A DNA stretch of 6,375 nucleotides from a virus (lineage: Duplodnaviria; Heunggongvirae; Uroviricota; Caudoviricetes): IMG/VR virus record IMGVR_UViG_2531839583_000005; one strand, 5' to 3'. The notes beneath the pieces were generated by a model. It was not told where the DNA came from, did not search any database, and saw nothing but the letters and a program-made list of their open reading frames with translations. Shown here piece after piece: positions 1-6,375 of this stretch (position 1 is its first letter; the number at the start of each line of letters is the position of its first letter). Both the position numbers and the translations under genes were made by a program.

Positions 1-1444
1 AATCAACCGGCTGAAGGCGCTGGTTGCGAAACTGCAACGTATGCAGTTCGGTAAAAGCTCAGAAAAACTTCGTGCAAAAACCGAACGGCAGATACAGGAA
101 GCACAGGAGCGAATCAGCGCACTTCAGGAAGAAATGGCGGAAACGCTGGGTGAGCAATATGACCCGGTACTGCCATCCGCCCTGCGCCAGTCTTCAGCCC
201 GTAAACCGTTACCGGCCTCACTTCCCCGTGAAACCCGGGTTATCCGGCCGGAAGAGGAATGCTGTCCTGCCTGTGGTGGTGAACTCAGTTCTCTGGGATG
301 TGATGTGTCAGAGCAACTGGAGCTTATCAGCAGCGCCTTTAAGGTTATCGAAACACAACGTCCGAAACAGGCCTGTTGCCGGTGCGACCATATCGTGCAG
401 GCACCAGTACCTTCAAAACCCATTGCACGCAGTTATGCCGGAGCGGGGCTTCTGGCCCATGTTGTCACCGGGAAATATGCAGACCATCTGCCGTTATACC
501 GCCAGTCAGAAATATACCGTCGTCAGGGAGTGGAGCTGAGCCGTGCCACACTGGGGCGCTGGACAGGTGCTGTTGCTGAACTGCTGGAGCCGCTGTATGA
601 CGTCCTGCGCCAGTATGTGCTGATGCCCGGTAAAGTCCATGCTGATGATATCCCCGTCCCGGTCCAGGAGCCGGGCAGCGGTAAAACCCGGACAGCCCGG
701 CTGTGGGTCTACGTCCGTGATGACCGTAACGCCGGTTCACAGATGCCCCCGGCGGTCTGGTTCGCGTACAGTCCGGACCGGAAAGGTATCCATCCACAAA
801 ATCACCTGGCCGGTTACAGCGGTGTGCTTCAGGCCGATGCTTACGGTGGTTACCGGGCGTTATACGAATCCGGCAGAATAACGGAAGCCGCGTGTATGGC
901 TCATGCCCGGAGAAAAATCCACGATGTGCATGCAAGAGCGCCCACCTACATCACCACGGAAGCCCTGCAGCGTATCGGTGAACTGTATGCCATCGAGGCA
1001 GAGGTCCGGGGCTGTTCAGCAGAACAGCGTCTGGCGGCAAGAAAAGCCAGAGCCGCGCCACTGATGCAGTCACTGTATGACTGGATACAGCAACAGATGA
1101 AAACACTGTCGCGTCACTCAGATACGGCAAAAGCGTTCGCATACCTGCTGAAACAGTGGGATGCACTGAACGTGTACTGCAGTAATGGCTGGGTGGAAAT
1201 CGACAACAACATCGCAGAGAACGCCTTACGGGGAGTGGCCGTAGGCCGGAAAAACTGGATGTTCGCGGGTTCCGACAGCGGTGGTGAACATGCGGCGGTG
1301 TTGTACTCGCTGATCGGCACATGCCGTCTGAACAATGTGGAGCCAGAAAAGTGGCTGCGTTACGTCATTGAACATATCCAGGACTGGCCGGCAAACCGGG
1401 TACGCGATCTGTTGCCCTGGAAAGTTGATCTGAGCTCTCAGTAA
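1..1444 (+). CDS. tnpC: IS66-family transposase (TnpC/ORF3-like), 5'-truncated by the window edge (codon phase starts at nt 2)
   Basis: The frame of ORF 41..1444 is open back to the window start (nt 2-40 translate [13 protein letters not shown] before the first in-window Met) and ends at TAA 1442-1444. The translation carries blocks I recognise as IS66 TnpC: N-terminal heptad-like Leu/Gln-rich segment, Cys-rich zinc-finger-like motif (CCPACGG ... CCRCDH), and conserved blocks [65 protein letters not shown] and NNVEPEKWL. The true start codon is upstream of the window. Confidence 0.9.
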   Translation, partial: INRLKALVAKLQRMQFGKSSEKLRAKTERQIQEAQERISALQEEMAETLGEQYDPVLPSALRQSSARKPLPASLPRETRVIRPEEECCPACGGELSSLGCDVSEQLELISSAFKVIETQRPKQACCRCDHIVQAPVPSKPIARSYAGAGLLAHVVTGKYADHLPLYRQSEIYRRQGVELSRATLGRWTGAVAELLEPLYDVLRQYVLMPGKVHADDIPVPVQEPGSGKTRTARLWVYVRDDRNAGSQMPPAVWFAYSPDRKGIHPQNHLAGYSGVLQADAYGGYRALYESGRITEAACMAHARRKIHDVHARAPTYITTEALQRIGELYAIEAEVRGCSAEQRLAARKARAAPLMQSLYDWIQQQMKTLSRHSDTAKAFAYLLKQWDALNVYCSNGWVEIDNNIAENALRGVAVGRKNWMFAGSDSGGEHAAVLYSLIGTCRLNNVEPEKWLRYVIEHIQDWPANRVRDLLPWKVDLSSQ

Positions 1445-1474
1445 ATATCAATACGGTTCTGACGAGTCGCTTAC
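1445..1474 (+). repeat. Putative right terminal inverted repeat region of the IS66-family element
   Basis: Sequence atatcaatacggttctgacgagtcgcttac; its reverse complement begins GTAAGCGACTCGTCAG, and IS66-family ends begin with GTAA(GCG). The exact IR length cannot be set without the left end, which is outside the window. Confidence 0.55.
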
Positions 1475-1482
1475 AAATGTGA
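1475..1482 (+). other. U: Residual 3' end of the lambda-type tail terminator gene U (last two codons plus TGA stop) abutting the IS end; candidate copy of the 8-bp target-site duplication
   Basis: AAATGTGA lies directly between the IS terminus (1474) and the V ribosome-binding site. ATG-TGA at 1477-1482 is in the position and phase expected for the end of U, 7 nt before the V start, as in lambda. IS66-family elements make 8-bp duplications (established knowledge). Confidence 0.45.
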
Positions 1483-1485
1483 GGA
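1481..1485 (+). promoter_or_regulatory. Shine-Dalgarno sequence (GAGGA) for V
   Basis: GAGGA sits 4 nt upstream of the ATG at 1490. Confidence 0.6.
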
Positions 1486-1489
1486 CGCT

Positions 1490-2230
1490 ATGCCTGTACC
1501 AAATCCTGTAATGCCGGTGAAAGGTGCCGGGACCACCCTGTGGGTTTATAAGGGGAGCGGTGACCCTTATGCGAATCCGCTTTCAGACGTTGACTGGTCG
1601 CGTCTGGCAAAAGTTAAAGACCTGACGCCCGGCGAACTGACCGCTGAGTCCTATGACGACAGCTATCTCGATGATGAAGATGCAGACTGGACTGCGACCG
1701 GGCAGGGGCAGAAATCTGCCGGAGATACCAGCTTCACGCTGGCGTGGATGCCCGGAGAGCAGGGGCAGCAGGCGCTGCTGGCGTGGTTTAATGAAGGTGA
1801 TACCCGTGCCTATAAAATCCGCTTCCCGAACGGCACGGTCGATGTGTTCCGCGGCTGGGTCAGCAGTATCGGTAAGGCGGTGACGGCGAAGGAAGTGATC
1901 ACCCGCACGGTGAAAGTCACCAATGTGGGACGTCCGTCGATGGCAGAAGATCGCAGCACGGTAACAGCGGCAACCGGTATGACCGTGACGCCAGCCAGCG
2001 CTTCCGTAGTGAAAGGGAAGAGCACCACGCTGACCGTGGCATTCCAGCCGGAAGGCGCAACCGACAAGAGCTTCCGTGCGGTGTCAGCGGATAAAACAAA
2101 AGCCACCGTGTCGGTCAGTGGTATGACCATCACCGTGAAAGGTGTTGCTGCAGGCAAGGTCAACATTCCGGTCGTATCCGGTAATGGTGAACTTGCTGCG
2201 GTTGCAGAAATCAACGTCACCGCCAGTTAA
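1490..2230 (+). CDS. V: Phage lambda-type major tail (tube) protein V, 246 aa, with C-terminal Ig-like domain
   Basis: ORF 1490..2230 translates [36 protein letters not shown]..., which I recognise as lambda gpV at the same length. It is preceded by an SD and is first in the conserved order V-G-T-H-M-L. Confidence 0.95.
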   Translation: MPVPNPVMPVKGAGTTLWVYKGSGDPYANPLSDVDWSRLAKVKDLTPGELTAESYDDSYLDDEDADWTATGQGQKSAGDTSFTLAWMPGEQGQQALLAWFNEGDTRAYKIRFPNGTVDVFRGWVSSIGKAVTAKEVITRTVKVTNVGRPSMAEDRSTVTAATGMTVTPASASVVKGKSTTLTVAFQPEGATDKSFRAVSADKTKATVSVSGMTITVKGVAAGKVNIPVVSGNGELAAVAEINVTAS

Positions 2231-2245
2231 TCCGGAGAGTCAGCG

Positions 2246-2668
2246 ATGTTCCTGAAAACCGAATCATTTGAACATAACGGTGTGACCGTCACGCTTTCTG
2301 AACTGTCAGCCCTGCAGCGTATTGAGCATCTCGCCCTGATGAAACGGCAGGCAGAACAGGCGGAGTCAGACAGCAACCGGAAGTTTACTGTGGAAGACGC
2401 CATCAGAACCGGCGCGTTTCTGGTGGCGATGTCCCTGTGGCATAACCATCCGCAGAAGACGCAGATGCCGTCTATGAATGAAGCCGTTAAACAGATTGAG
2501 CAGGAAGTGCTTACCACCTGGCCCACGGAGGCAATTTCTCATGCTGAAAACGTGGTGTACCGGCTGTCTGGTATGTATGAGTTTGTTGTGAATAATGCCC
2601 CTGAACAGACAGAGGACGCCGGGCCTGCAGAGCCTGTTTCTGCGGGAAAGTGTTCGACGGTGAGCTGA
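2246..2668 (+). CDS. G: Tail assembly chaperone G, 140 aa
   Basis: ORF 2246..2668 translates MFLKTESFEHNGVTVTLSELSALQRIEHLALMKRQ..., recognised as lambda gpG. SD GGAGAG at 2234-2239. Position is immediately after V and before the tape measure gene. Confidence 0.93.
   Translation: MFLKTESFEHNGVTVTLSELSALQRIEHLALMKRQAEQAESDSNRKFTVEDAIRTGAFLVAMSLWHNHPQKTQMPSMNEAVKQIEQEVLTTWPTEAISHAENVVYRLSGMYEFVVNNAPEQTEDAGPAEPVSAGKCSTVS
2644..2650 (+). promoter_or_regulatory. Programmed -1 ribosomal frameshift slippery heptamer G GGA AAG (G to G-T fusion)
   Basis: In the G frame the codons are GGA (2645-2647) and AAG (2648-2650), giving the X XXY YYZ pattern G GGA AAG. After a -1 slip, reading continues from 2650 in the T frame (VFDGELSFALKL...), which is open to 3084. 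This is the established lambda G/GT mechanism. Confidence 0.85.
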
Positions 2669-3084
2669 GTTTTGCCCTGAAACTGGCGCGTGAGATGGGG
2701 CGACCCGACTGGCGTGCCATGCTTGCCGGGATGTCATCCACGGAGTATGCCGACTGGCACCGCTTTTACAGTACCCATTATTTTCATGATGTTCTGCTGG
2801 ATATGCACTTTTCCGGGCTGACGTACACCGTGCTCAGCCTGTTTTTCAGCGATCCGGATATGCATCCGCTGGATTTCAGTCTGCTGAACCGGCGCGAGGC
2901 TGACGAAGAGCCTGAAGATGATGTGCTGATGCAGAAAGCGGCAGGGCTTGCCGGAGGTGTCCGCTTTGGCCCGGACGGGAATGAAGTTATCCCCGCTTCC
3001 CCGGATGTGGCGGACATGACGGAGGATGACGTAATGCTGATGACAGTATCAGAAGGGATCGCAGGAGGAGTCCGGTATGGCTGA
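2650..3084 (+). CDS. T: Tail assembly protein T segment, expressed as the C-terminal part of the gpG-T fusion by -1 frameshifting from G (full fusion is 2246..2649 joined to 2650..3084)
   Basis: The -1 frame relative to G is open from the slippery site to TGA 3082-3084. The translation (...RPDWRAMLAGMSSTEYADWHRFYSTHYFHDVLLDMHFSGL...) matches lambda gpT. It has no SD or ATG of its own; the first codon at 2650 is GTG, reached by frameshift. Confidence 0.88.
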   Translation: MFDGELSFALKLAREMGRPDWRAMLAGMSSTEYADWHRFYSTHYFHDVLLDMHFSGLTYTVLSLFFSDPDMHPLDFSLLNRREADEEPEDDVLMQKAAGLAGGVRFGPDGNEVIPASPDVADMTEDDVMLMTVSEGIAGGVRYG

Positions 3085-5638
3085 ACCGGTAGGCGATCTG
3101 GTCGTTGATTTGAGTCTGGATGCGGCCAGATTTGACGAGCAGATGGCCAGAGTCAGGCGTCATTTTTCCGGTACGGAAAGTGATGCGAAAAAAACAGCGG
3201 CAGTCGTTGAACAGTCGCTGAGCCGACAGGCGCTGGCTGCACAGAAAGCGGGGATTTCCGTCGGGCAGTACAAAGCCGCCATGCGTATGCTGCCTGCACA
3301 GTTCACCGACGTGGCCACGCAGCTTGCAGGCGGGCAAAGTCCGTGGCTGATCCTGCTGCAACAGGGTGGTCAGGTTAAGGACTCCTTCGGCGGGATGATC
3401 CCCATGTTCAGGGGGCTTGCCGGTGCGTTCACCCTGCCGATGGTGGGGGCCACCTCGCTGGCGGTAGCGACCGGTGCGCTGGCGTATGCCTGGTATCAGG
3501 GCAACTCAACCCTGTCCGATTTCAACAAAACGCTGGTCCTTTCCGGTCATCAGTCGGGTCTGACGGCAGATCGTATGCTGGTCCTGTCCAGAGCCGGGCA
3601 GGCGGCAGGGCTGACGTTTAACCAGACCAGCGAGTCACTCAGCGCACTGGTTAAGGCGGGGGTAAGCGGTGAGGCTCAGATTGCGTCCATCAGCCAGAGT
3701 GTGGCGCGTTTCTCCTCTGCATCCGGCGTGGAGGTGGACAAGGTCGCTGAAGCCTTCGGGAAGCTGACCACAGACCCGACGTCAGGGCTGACAGCGATGG
3801 CGCGCCAGTTCCATAACGTGACGGCGGAGCAGATTGCGTATGTTGCTCAGTTGCAGCGTTCCGGCGATGAAGCCGGGGCATTGCAGGCGGCGAACGAAGC
3901 CGCAACGAAAGGGTTTGATGACCAGACCCGCCGCCTGAAAGAGAACATGGGCACGCTGGAGACCTGGGCAGACAGGACAGCGCGGGCATTCAAATCCATG
4001 TGGGATGCGGTGCTGGATATTGGTCGTCCTGATACCGCGCAGGAGATGCTGATTAAGGCAGAGGCTTCGTTTAAGAAAGCAGACGACATCTGGAATCTGC
4101 GCAAGGATGATTATTTTGTTAACGATGAAGCGCGGGCGCGTTACTGGGATGATCGTGAAAAGGCCCGTCTTGCGCTTGAAGCCGCCCGAAAGAAGGCTGA
4201 GCAGCAGACTCAACAGGACAAAAATGCGCAGCAGCAGAGCGATACCGAAGCGTCACGGCTGAAATATACCGAAGAGGCGCAGAAGGCTTACGAACGGCTG
4301 CAGACGCCGCTGGAGAAATATACCGCCCGTCAGGAAGAACTGAACAAGGCACTGAAAGACGGGAAAATCCTGCAGGCGGATTACAACACGCTGATGGCGG
4401 CGGCGAAAAAGGATTATGAAGCGACGCTGAAAAAGCCGAAACAGTCCGGCGTGAAGGTGTCTGCGGGCGATCGTCAGGAAGACAGTGCTCATGCTGCCCT
4501 GCTGACGCTTCAGGCAGAACTCCGGACGCTGGAGAAGCATGCCGGAGCGAATGAGAAAATCAGCCAGCAGCGCCGGGATTTGTGGAAGGCGGAGAGTCAG
4601 TTCGCGGTACTGGAGGAGGCGGCGCAACGTCGCCAGCTGTCTGCACAGGAGAAATCCCTGCTGGCGCATAAAGATGAGACGCTGGAGTACAAACGCCAGC
4701 TGGCTGCACTTGGCGACAAGGTTACGTATCAGGAGCGCCTGAACGCGCTGGCGCAGCAGGCGGATAAATTCGCACAGCAGCAACGGGCAAAACGGGCCGC
4801 CATTGATGCGAAAAGCCGGGGGCTGACTGACCGGCAGGCAGAACGGGAAGCCACGGAACAGCGCCTGAAGGAACAGTATGGCGATAATCCGCTGGCGCTG
4901 AATAACGTCATGTCAGAGCAGAAAAAGACCTGGGCGGCTGAAGACCAGCTTCGCGGGAGCTGGATGGCAGGCCTGAAGTCCGGCTGGAGTGAGTGGGAAG
5001 AGAGCGCCACGGACAGTATGTCGCAGGTTAAAAGTGCAGCCACGCAGACCTTTGATGGTATTGCACAGAATATGGCGGCGATGCTGACCGGCAGTGAGCA
5101 GAACTGGCGCAGCTTCACCCGTTCCGTGCTGTCCATGATGACAGAAATTCTGCTTAAGCAGGCAATGGTGGGGATTGTCGGGAGTATCGGCAGCGCCATT
5201 GGCGGTGCTGCCAGTGGTGGAGCATCCGCGTCAGGCGGTACAGCCATTCAGGCCGCTGCGGCGAAATTCCATTTTGCAACCGGAGGATTTACGGGAACCG
5301 GCGGCAAATATGAGCCAGCGGGGATTGTTCACCGTGGTGAGTTTGTCTTCACGAAGGAGGCAACCAGCCGGATTGGCGTGGGGAATCTTTACCGGCTGAT
5401 GCGCGGCTATGCCACCGGCGGTTATGTCGGTACACCGGGCAGCATGGCAGACAGCCGGTCGCAGGCGTCCGGGACGTTTGAGCAGAATAACCATGTGGTG
5501 ATTAACAACGACGGCACGAACGGGCAGATAGGTCCGGCTGCTCTGAAGGCGGTGTATGACATGGCCCGCAAGGGTGCCCGTGATGAAATTCAGACACAGA
5601 TGCGTGATGGTGGCCTGTTCTCCGGAGGTGGACGATGA
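3077..5638 (+). CDS. H: Tail tape measure protein H, 853 aa
   Basis: ORF 3077..5638 translates MAEPVGDLVVDLSLDAARFDEQMARVRRHF..., recognised as lambda gpH at the same length. It has a long charged, alpha-helical/coiled-coil-like central region and a Gly/Ala-rich hydrophobic C-proximal segment. SD AGGAGG at 3063-3068. Its start overlaps the end of T. Confidence 0.95.
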   Translation: MAEPVGDLVVDLSLDAARFDEQMARVRRHFSGTESDAKKTAAVVEQSLSRQALAAQKAGISVGQYKAAMRMLPAQFTDVATQLAGGQSPWLILLQQGGQVKDSFGGMIPMFRGLAGAFTLPMVGATSLAVATGALAYAWYQGNSTLSDFNKTLVLSGHQSGLTADRMLVLSRAGQAAGLTFNQTSESLSALVKAGVSGEAQIASISQSVARFSSASGVEVDKVAEAFGKLTTDPTSGLTAMARQFHNVTAEQIAYVAQLQRSGDEAGALQAANEAATKGFDDQTRRLKENMGTLETWADRTARAFKSMWDAVLDIGRPDTAQEMLIKAEASFKKADDIWNLRKDDYFVNDEARARYWDDREKARLALEAARKKAEQQTQQDKNAQQQSDTEASRLKYTEEAQKAYERLQTPLEKYTARQEELNKALKDGKILQADYNTLMAAAKKDYEATLKKPKQSGVKVSAGDRQEDSAHAALLTLQAELRTLEKHAGANEKISQQRRDLWKAESQFAVLEEAAQRRQLSAQEKSLLAHKDETLEYKRQLAALGDKVTYQERLNALAQQADKFAQQQRAKRAAIDAKSRGLTDRQAEREATEQRLKEQYGDNPLALNNVMSEQKKTWAAEDQLRGSWMAGLKSGWSEWEESATDSMSQVKSAATQTFDGIAQNMAAMLTGSEQNWRSFTRSVLSMMTEILLKQAMVGIVGSIGSAIGGAASGGASASGGTAIQAAAAKFHFATGGFTGTGGKYEPAGIVHRGEFVFTKEATSRIGVGNLYRLMRGYATGGYVGTPGSMADSRSQASGTFEQNNHVVINNDGTNGQIGPAALKAVYDMARKGARDEIQTQMRDGGLFSGGGR

Positions 5639-5964
5639 AAACCTTCCGCTGGAAAGTGAAACCCGGTATGGATGTGGCTTCGGCCCCTTCTGTAAGAAAG
5701 GTGCGCTTTGGTGATGGCTATTCCCAGCGAGCGCCTGCCGGGCTGAATGCCAACCTGAAAACGTACAGCGTGACGCTTTCTGTCCCCCGTGAGGAGGCCA
5801 CGGTACTGGAGTCGTTTCTGGAAGAGCACGGGGGCTGGAAAGCCTTTCTGTGGACGCCGCCTTATGAGTGGCGGCAGATAAAGGTGACCTGCGCAAAATG
5901 GTCGTCGCGGGTCAGTATGCTGCGTGTTGAGTTCAGCGCAGAGTTTGAACAGGTGGTGAACTGA
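5635..5964 (+). CDS. M: Minor tail protein M, 109 aa
   Basis: ORF 5635..5964 translates MKTFRWKVKPGMDVASAPSVRKVRFGDGYSQRAPAGLNANLKTYSVTLSV..., recognised as lambda gpM. SD GGAGG at 5624-5628. Its ATG overlaps the H stop (ATGA). Confidence 0.93.
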   Translation: MKTFRWKVKPGMDVASAPSVRKVRFGDGYSQRAPAGLNANLKTYSVTLSVPREEATVLESFLEEHGGWKAFLWTPPYEWRQIKVTCAKWSSRVSMLRVEFSAEFEQVVN

Positions 5965-6375
5965 TGCAGGATATCCGGCAGGAAACACTGAATGAATGCA
6001 CCCGTGCGGAGCAGTCGGCCAGCGTGGTGCTCTGGGAAATCGACCTGACAGAGGTCGGTGGAGAACGTTATTTTTTCTGTAATGAGCTGAACGAAAAAGG
6101 TGAGCCGGTCAGCTGGCAGGGGCGACAGTATCAGCCGTATCCCATTCAGGGGAGTGGTTTTGAACTGAATGGCAAAGGCACCAGTACGCGCCCCACGCTG
6201 ACGGTTTCTAACCTGTACGGTATGGTCACCGGGATGGCGGAAGATCTGCAGAGTCTGGTCGGCGGAACGGTGGTCCGGCGTAAGGTTTACGCCCGTTTTC
6301 TGGATGCGGTGAACTTCGTTAACGGAAACAGTGACGCCGATCCGGAGCAGGAGGTGATCAGCCGCTGGCGCATCG
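5964..6375 (+). CDS. L: Minor tail protein L, N-terminal 137 codons (3'-truncated by the window end)
   Basis: ATG at 5964-5966 overlaps the TGA of M (TGATG). The frame is open to the window end and translates MQDIRQETLNECTRAEQSASVVLWEIDLTEVGGERYFFCNELNEKGEPVSWQGRQYQPYPIQGSGFELNGKG..., recognised as lambda gpL. It is absent from the ORF track only because no stop codon falls inside the window. Confidence 0.9.
   Translation, partial: MQDIRQETLNECTRAEQSASVVLWEIDLTEVGGERYFFCNELNEKGEPVSWQGRQYQPYPIQGSGFELNGKGTSTRPTLTVSNLYGMVTGMAEDLQSLVGGTVVRRKVYARFLDAVNFVNGNSDADPEQEVISRWRI

Larger units (their letters stand above)
1..1474 (+). mobile_element. Right-hand (tnpC-containing) portion of an IS66-family insertion sequence; the left part (tnpA/tnpB and left IR) would lie upstream of the window
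   Basis: IS66-family transposase ORF ending 30 nt before a terminus reading ...CGCTTAC (reverse complement GTAAGCG...), the characteristic IS66-family end. Lambda-type phage sequence begins immediately after, at 1475. Confidence 0.85.

Noticed and set aside
24-935. Alternative-frame and antisense ORFs inside the transposase gene (24..539 +, 124..423 -, 376..579 +, 465..935 -, 639..881 +)
   Set aside because: They overlap the IS66 tnpC frame, which has clear family-specific conserved motifs. The alternative translations are low-complexity with no recognisable features.
951-1335. Minus-strand ORFs 951..1322 and 1114..1335 within the 3' part of tnpC
   Set aside because: Antisense to the transposase catalytic/C-terminal region; no start context; compositionally biased. 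Spurious.
1445-1489. Possible outward-facing promoter in the IS end driving V (weak -10-like TACAAAT around 1472-1478)
   Set aside because: The match to the -10 consensus is poor, there is no properly spaced -35, and a transcript starting there would begin within or after the V SD. Not supportable from sequence alone.
1653-2220. ORFs inside V on other frames or strand (1653..1883 +, 1810..2220 -, 1917..2099 -)
   Set aside because: Fully embedded in the V coding sequence, which matches lambda gpV over its full length; no independent signals.
2227-2741. Minus-strand ORFs across G/T (2227..2526, 2366..2737, 2511..2741) and 2784..3017 -, 2987..3361 -
   Set aside because: Antisense to the G, T and H frames, which are in the conserved lambda arrangement. 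No supporting features.
2650-3084. T as an independently initiated gene starting at the GTG at 2650
   Set aside because: There is no SD upstream of 2650, and the site lies inside G. The established mechanism is a -1 frameshift from G at the GGGAAAG heptamer, so T is annotated as the frameshift extension, not a free-standing ORF.
4539-5399. Small plus-strand ORFs in alternative frames within H (4539..4742, 5175..5399)
   Set aside because: Embedded out-of-frame in the tape measure gene with no start context; the lambda tail region has no known nested genes here.
3690-5988. Series of long minus-strand ORFs overlapping H and M (3690..3989, 3782..4213, 3847..4104, 4119..4352, 4253..4783, 4729..5247, 5231..5896, 5590..5988)
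   Set aside because: They lie antisense to a well-supported, lambda-matching coding frame. Their translations are Arg/Leu/Pro/Cys-rich low-complexity products typical of the reverse strand of GC-rich genes. They have no convincing SD/start context and make no operon sense. Treated as spurious.
1-6375. Search for CRISPR repeats, tRNA/rRNA genes, integrase/att sites, toxin-antitoxin or defence-system genes
   Set aside because: No regular direct-repeat/spacer array and no tRNA-like cloverleaf candidates were noticed. All coding capacity is accounted for by tnpC and the co-linear lambda tail genes, so there is no space for an additional system in this window.

Overview
This window is the junction between the 3' part of an IS66-family insertion sequence and a lambda-type late tail-gene module, all read on the + strand. 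The IS part is a 5'-truncated transposase (tnpC-like, 1-1444) with the IS terminus at about 1474. The tail module is major tail protein V (1490-2230), tail assembly chaperone G (2246-2668) with its -1 frameshift extension T (2650-3084, slippery G GGA AAG at 2644-2650), tape measure protein H (3077-5638), minor tail protein M (5635-5964) and the 5' part of minor tail protein L (5964 to window end). Gene lengths, spacings and overlaps from V to L match what I recall for phage lambda itself with no insertions or deletions, so the only accessory element I can see is the IS. It abuts the last 8 nt of the tail terminator gene U (1475-1482), which places the insertion about 8 nt upstream of the U stop codon. 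I found no tRNA/rRNA genes, no CRISPR array and no unexplained coding capacity. I do not see evidence for a novel defence or accessory system here; the most noteworthy thing is an IS66-family element sitting inside a phage late operon. All homology statements are from reading the translated sequence and from memory of the protein families; no database search was run.
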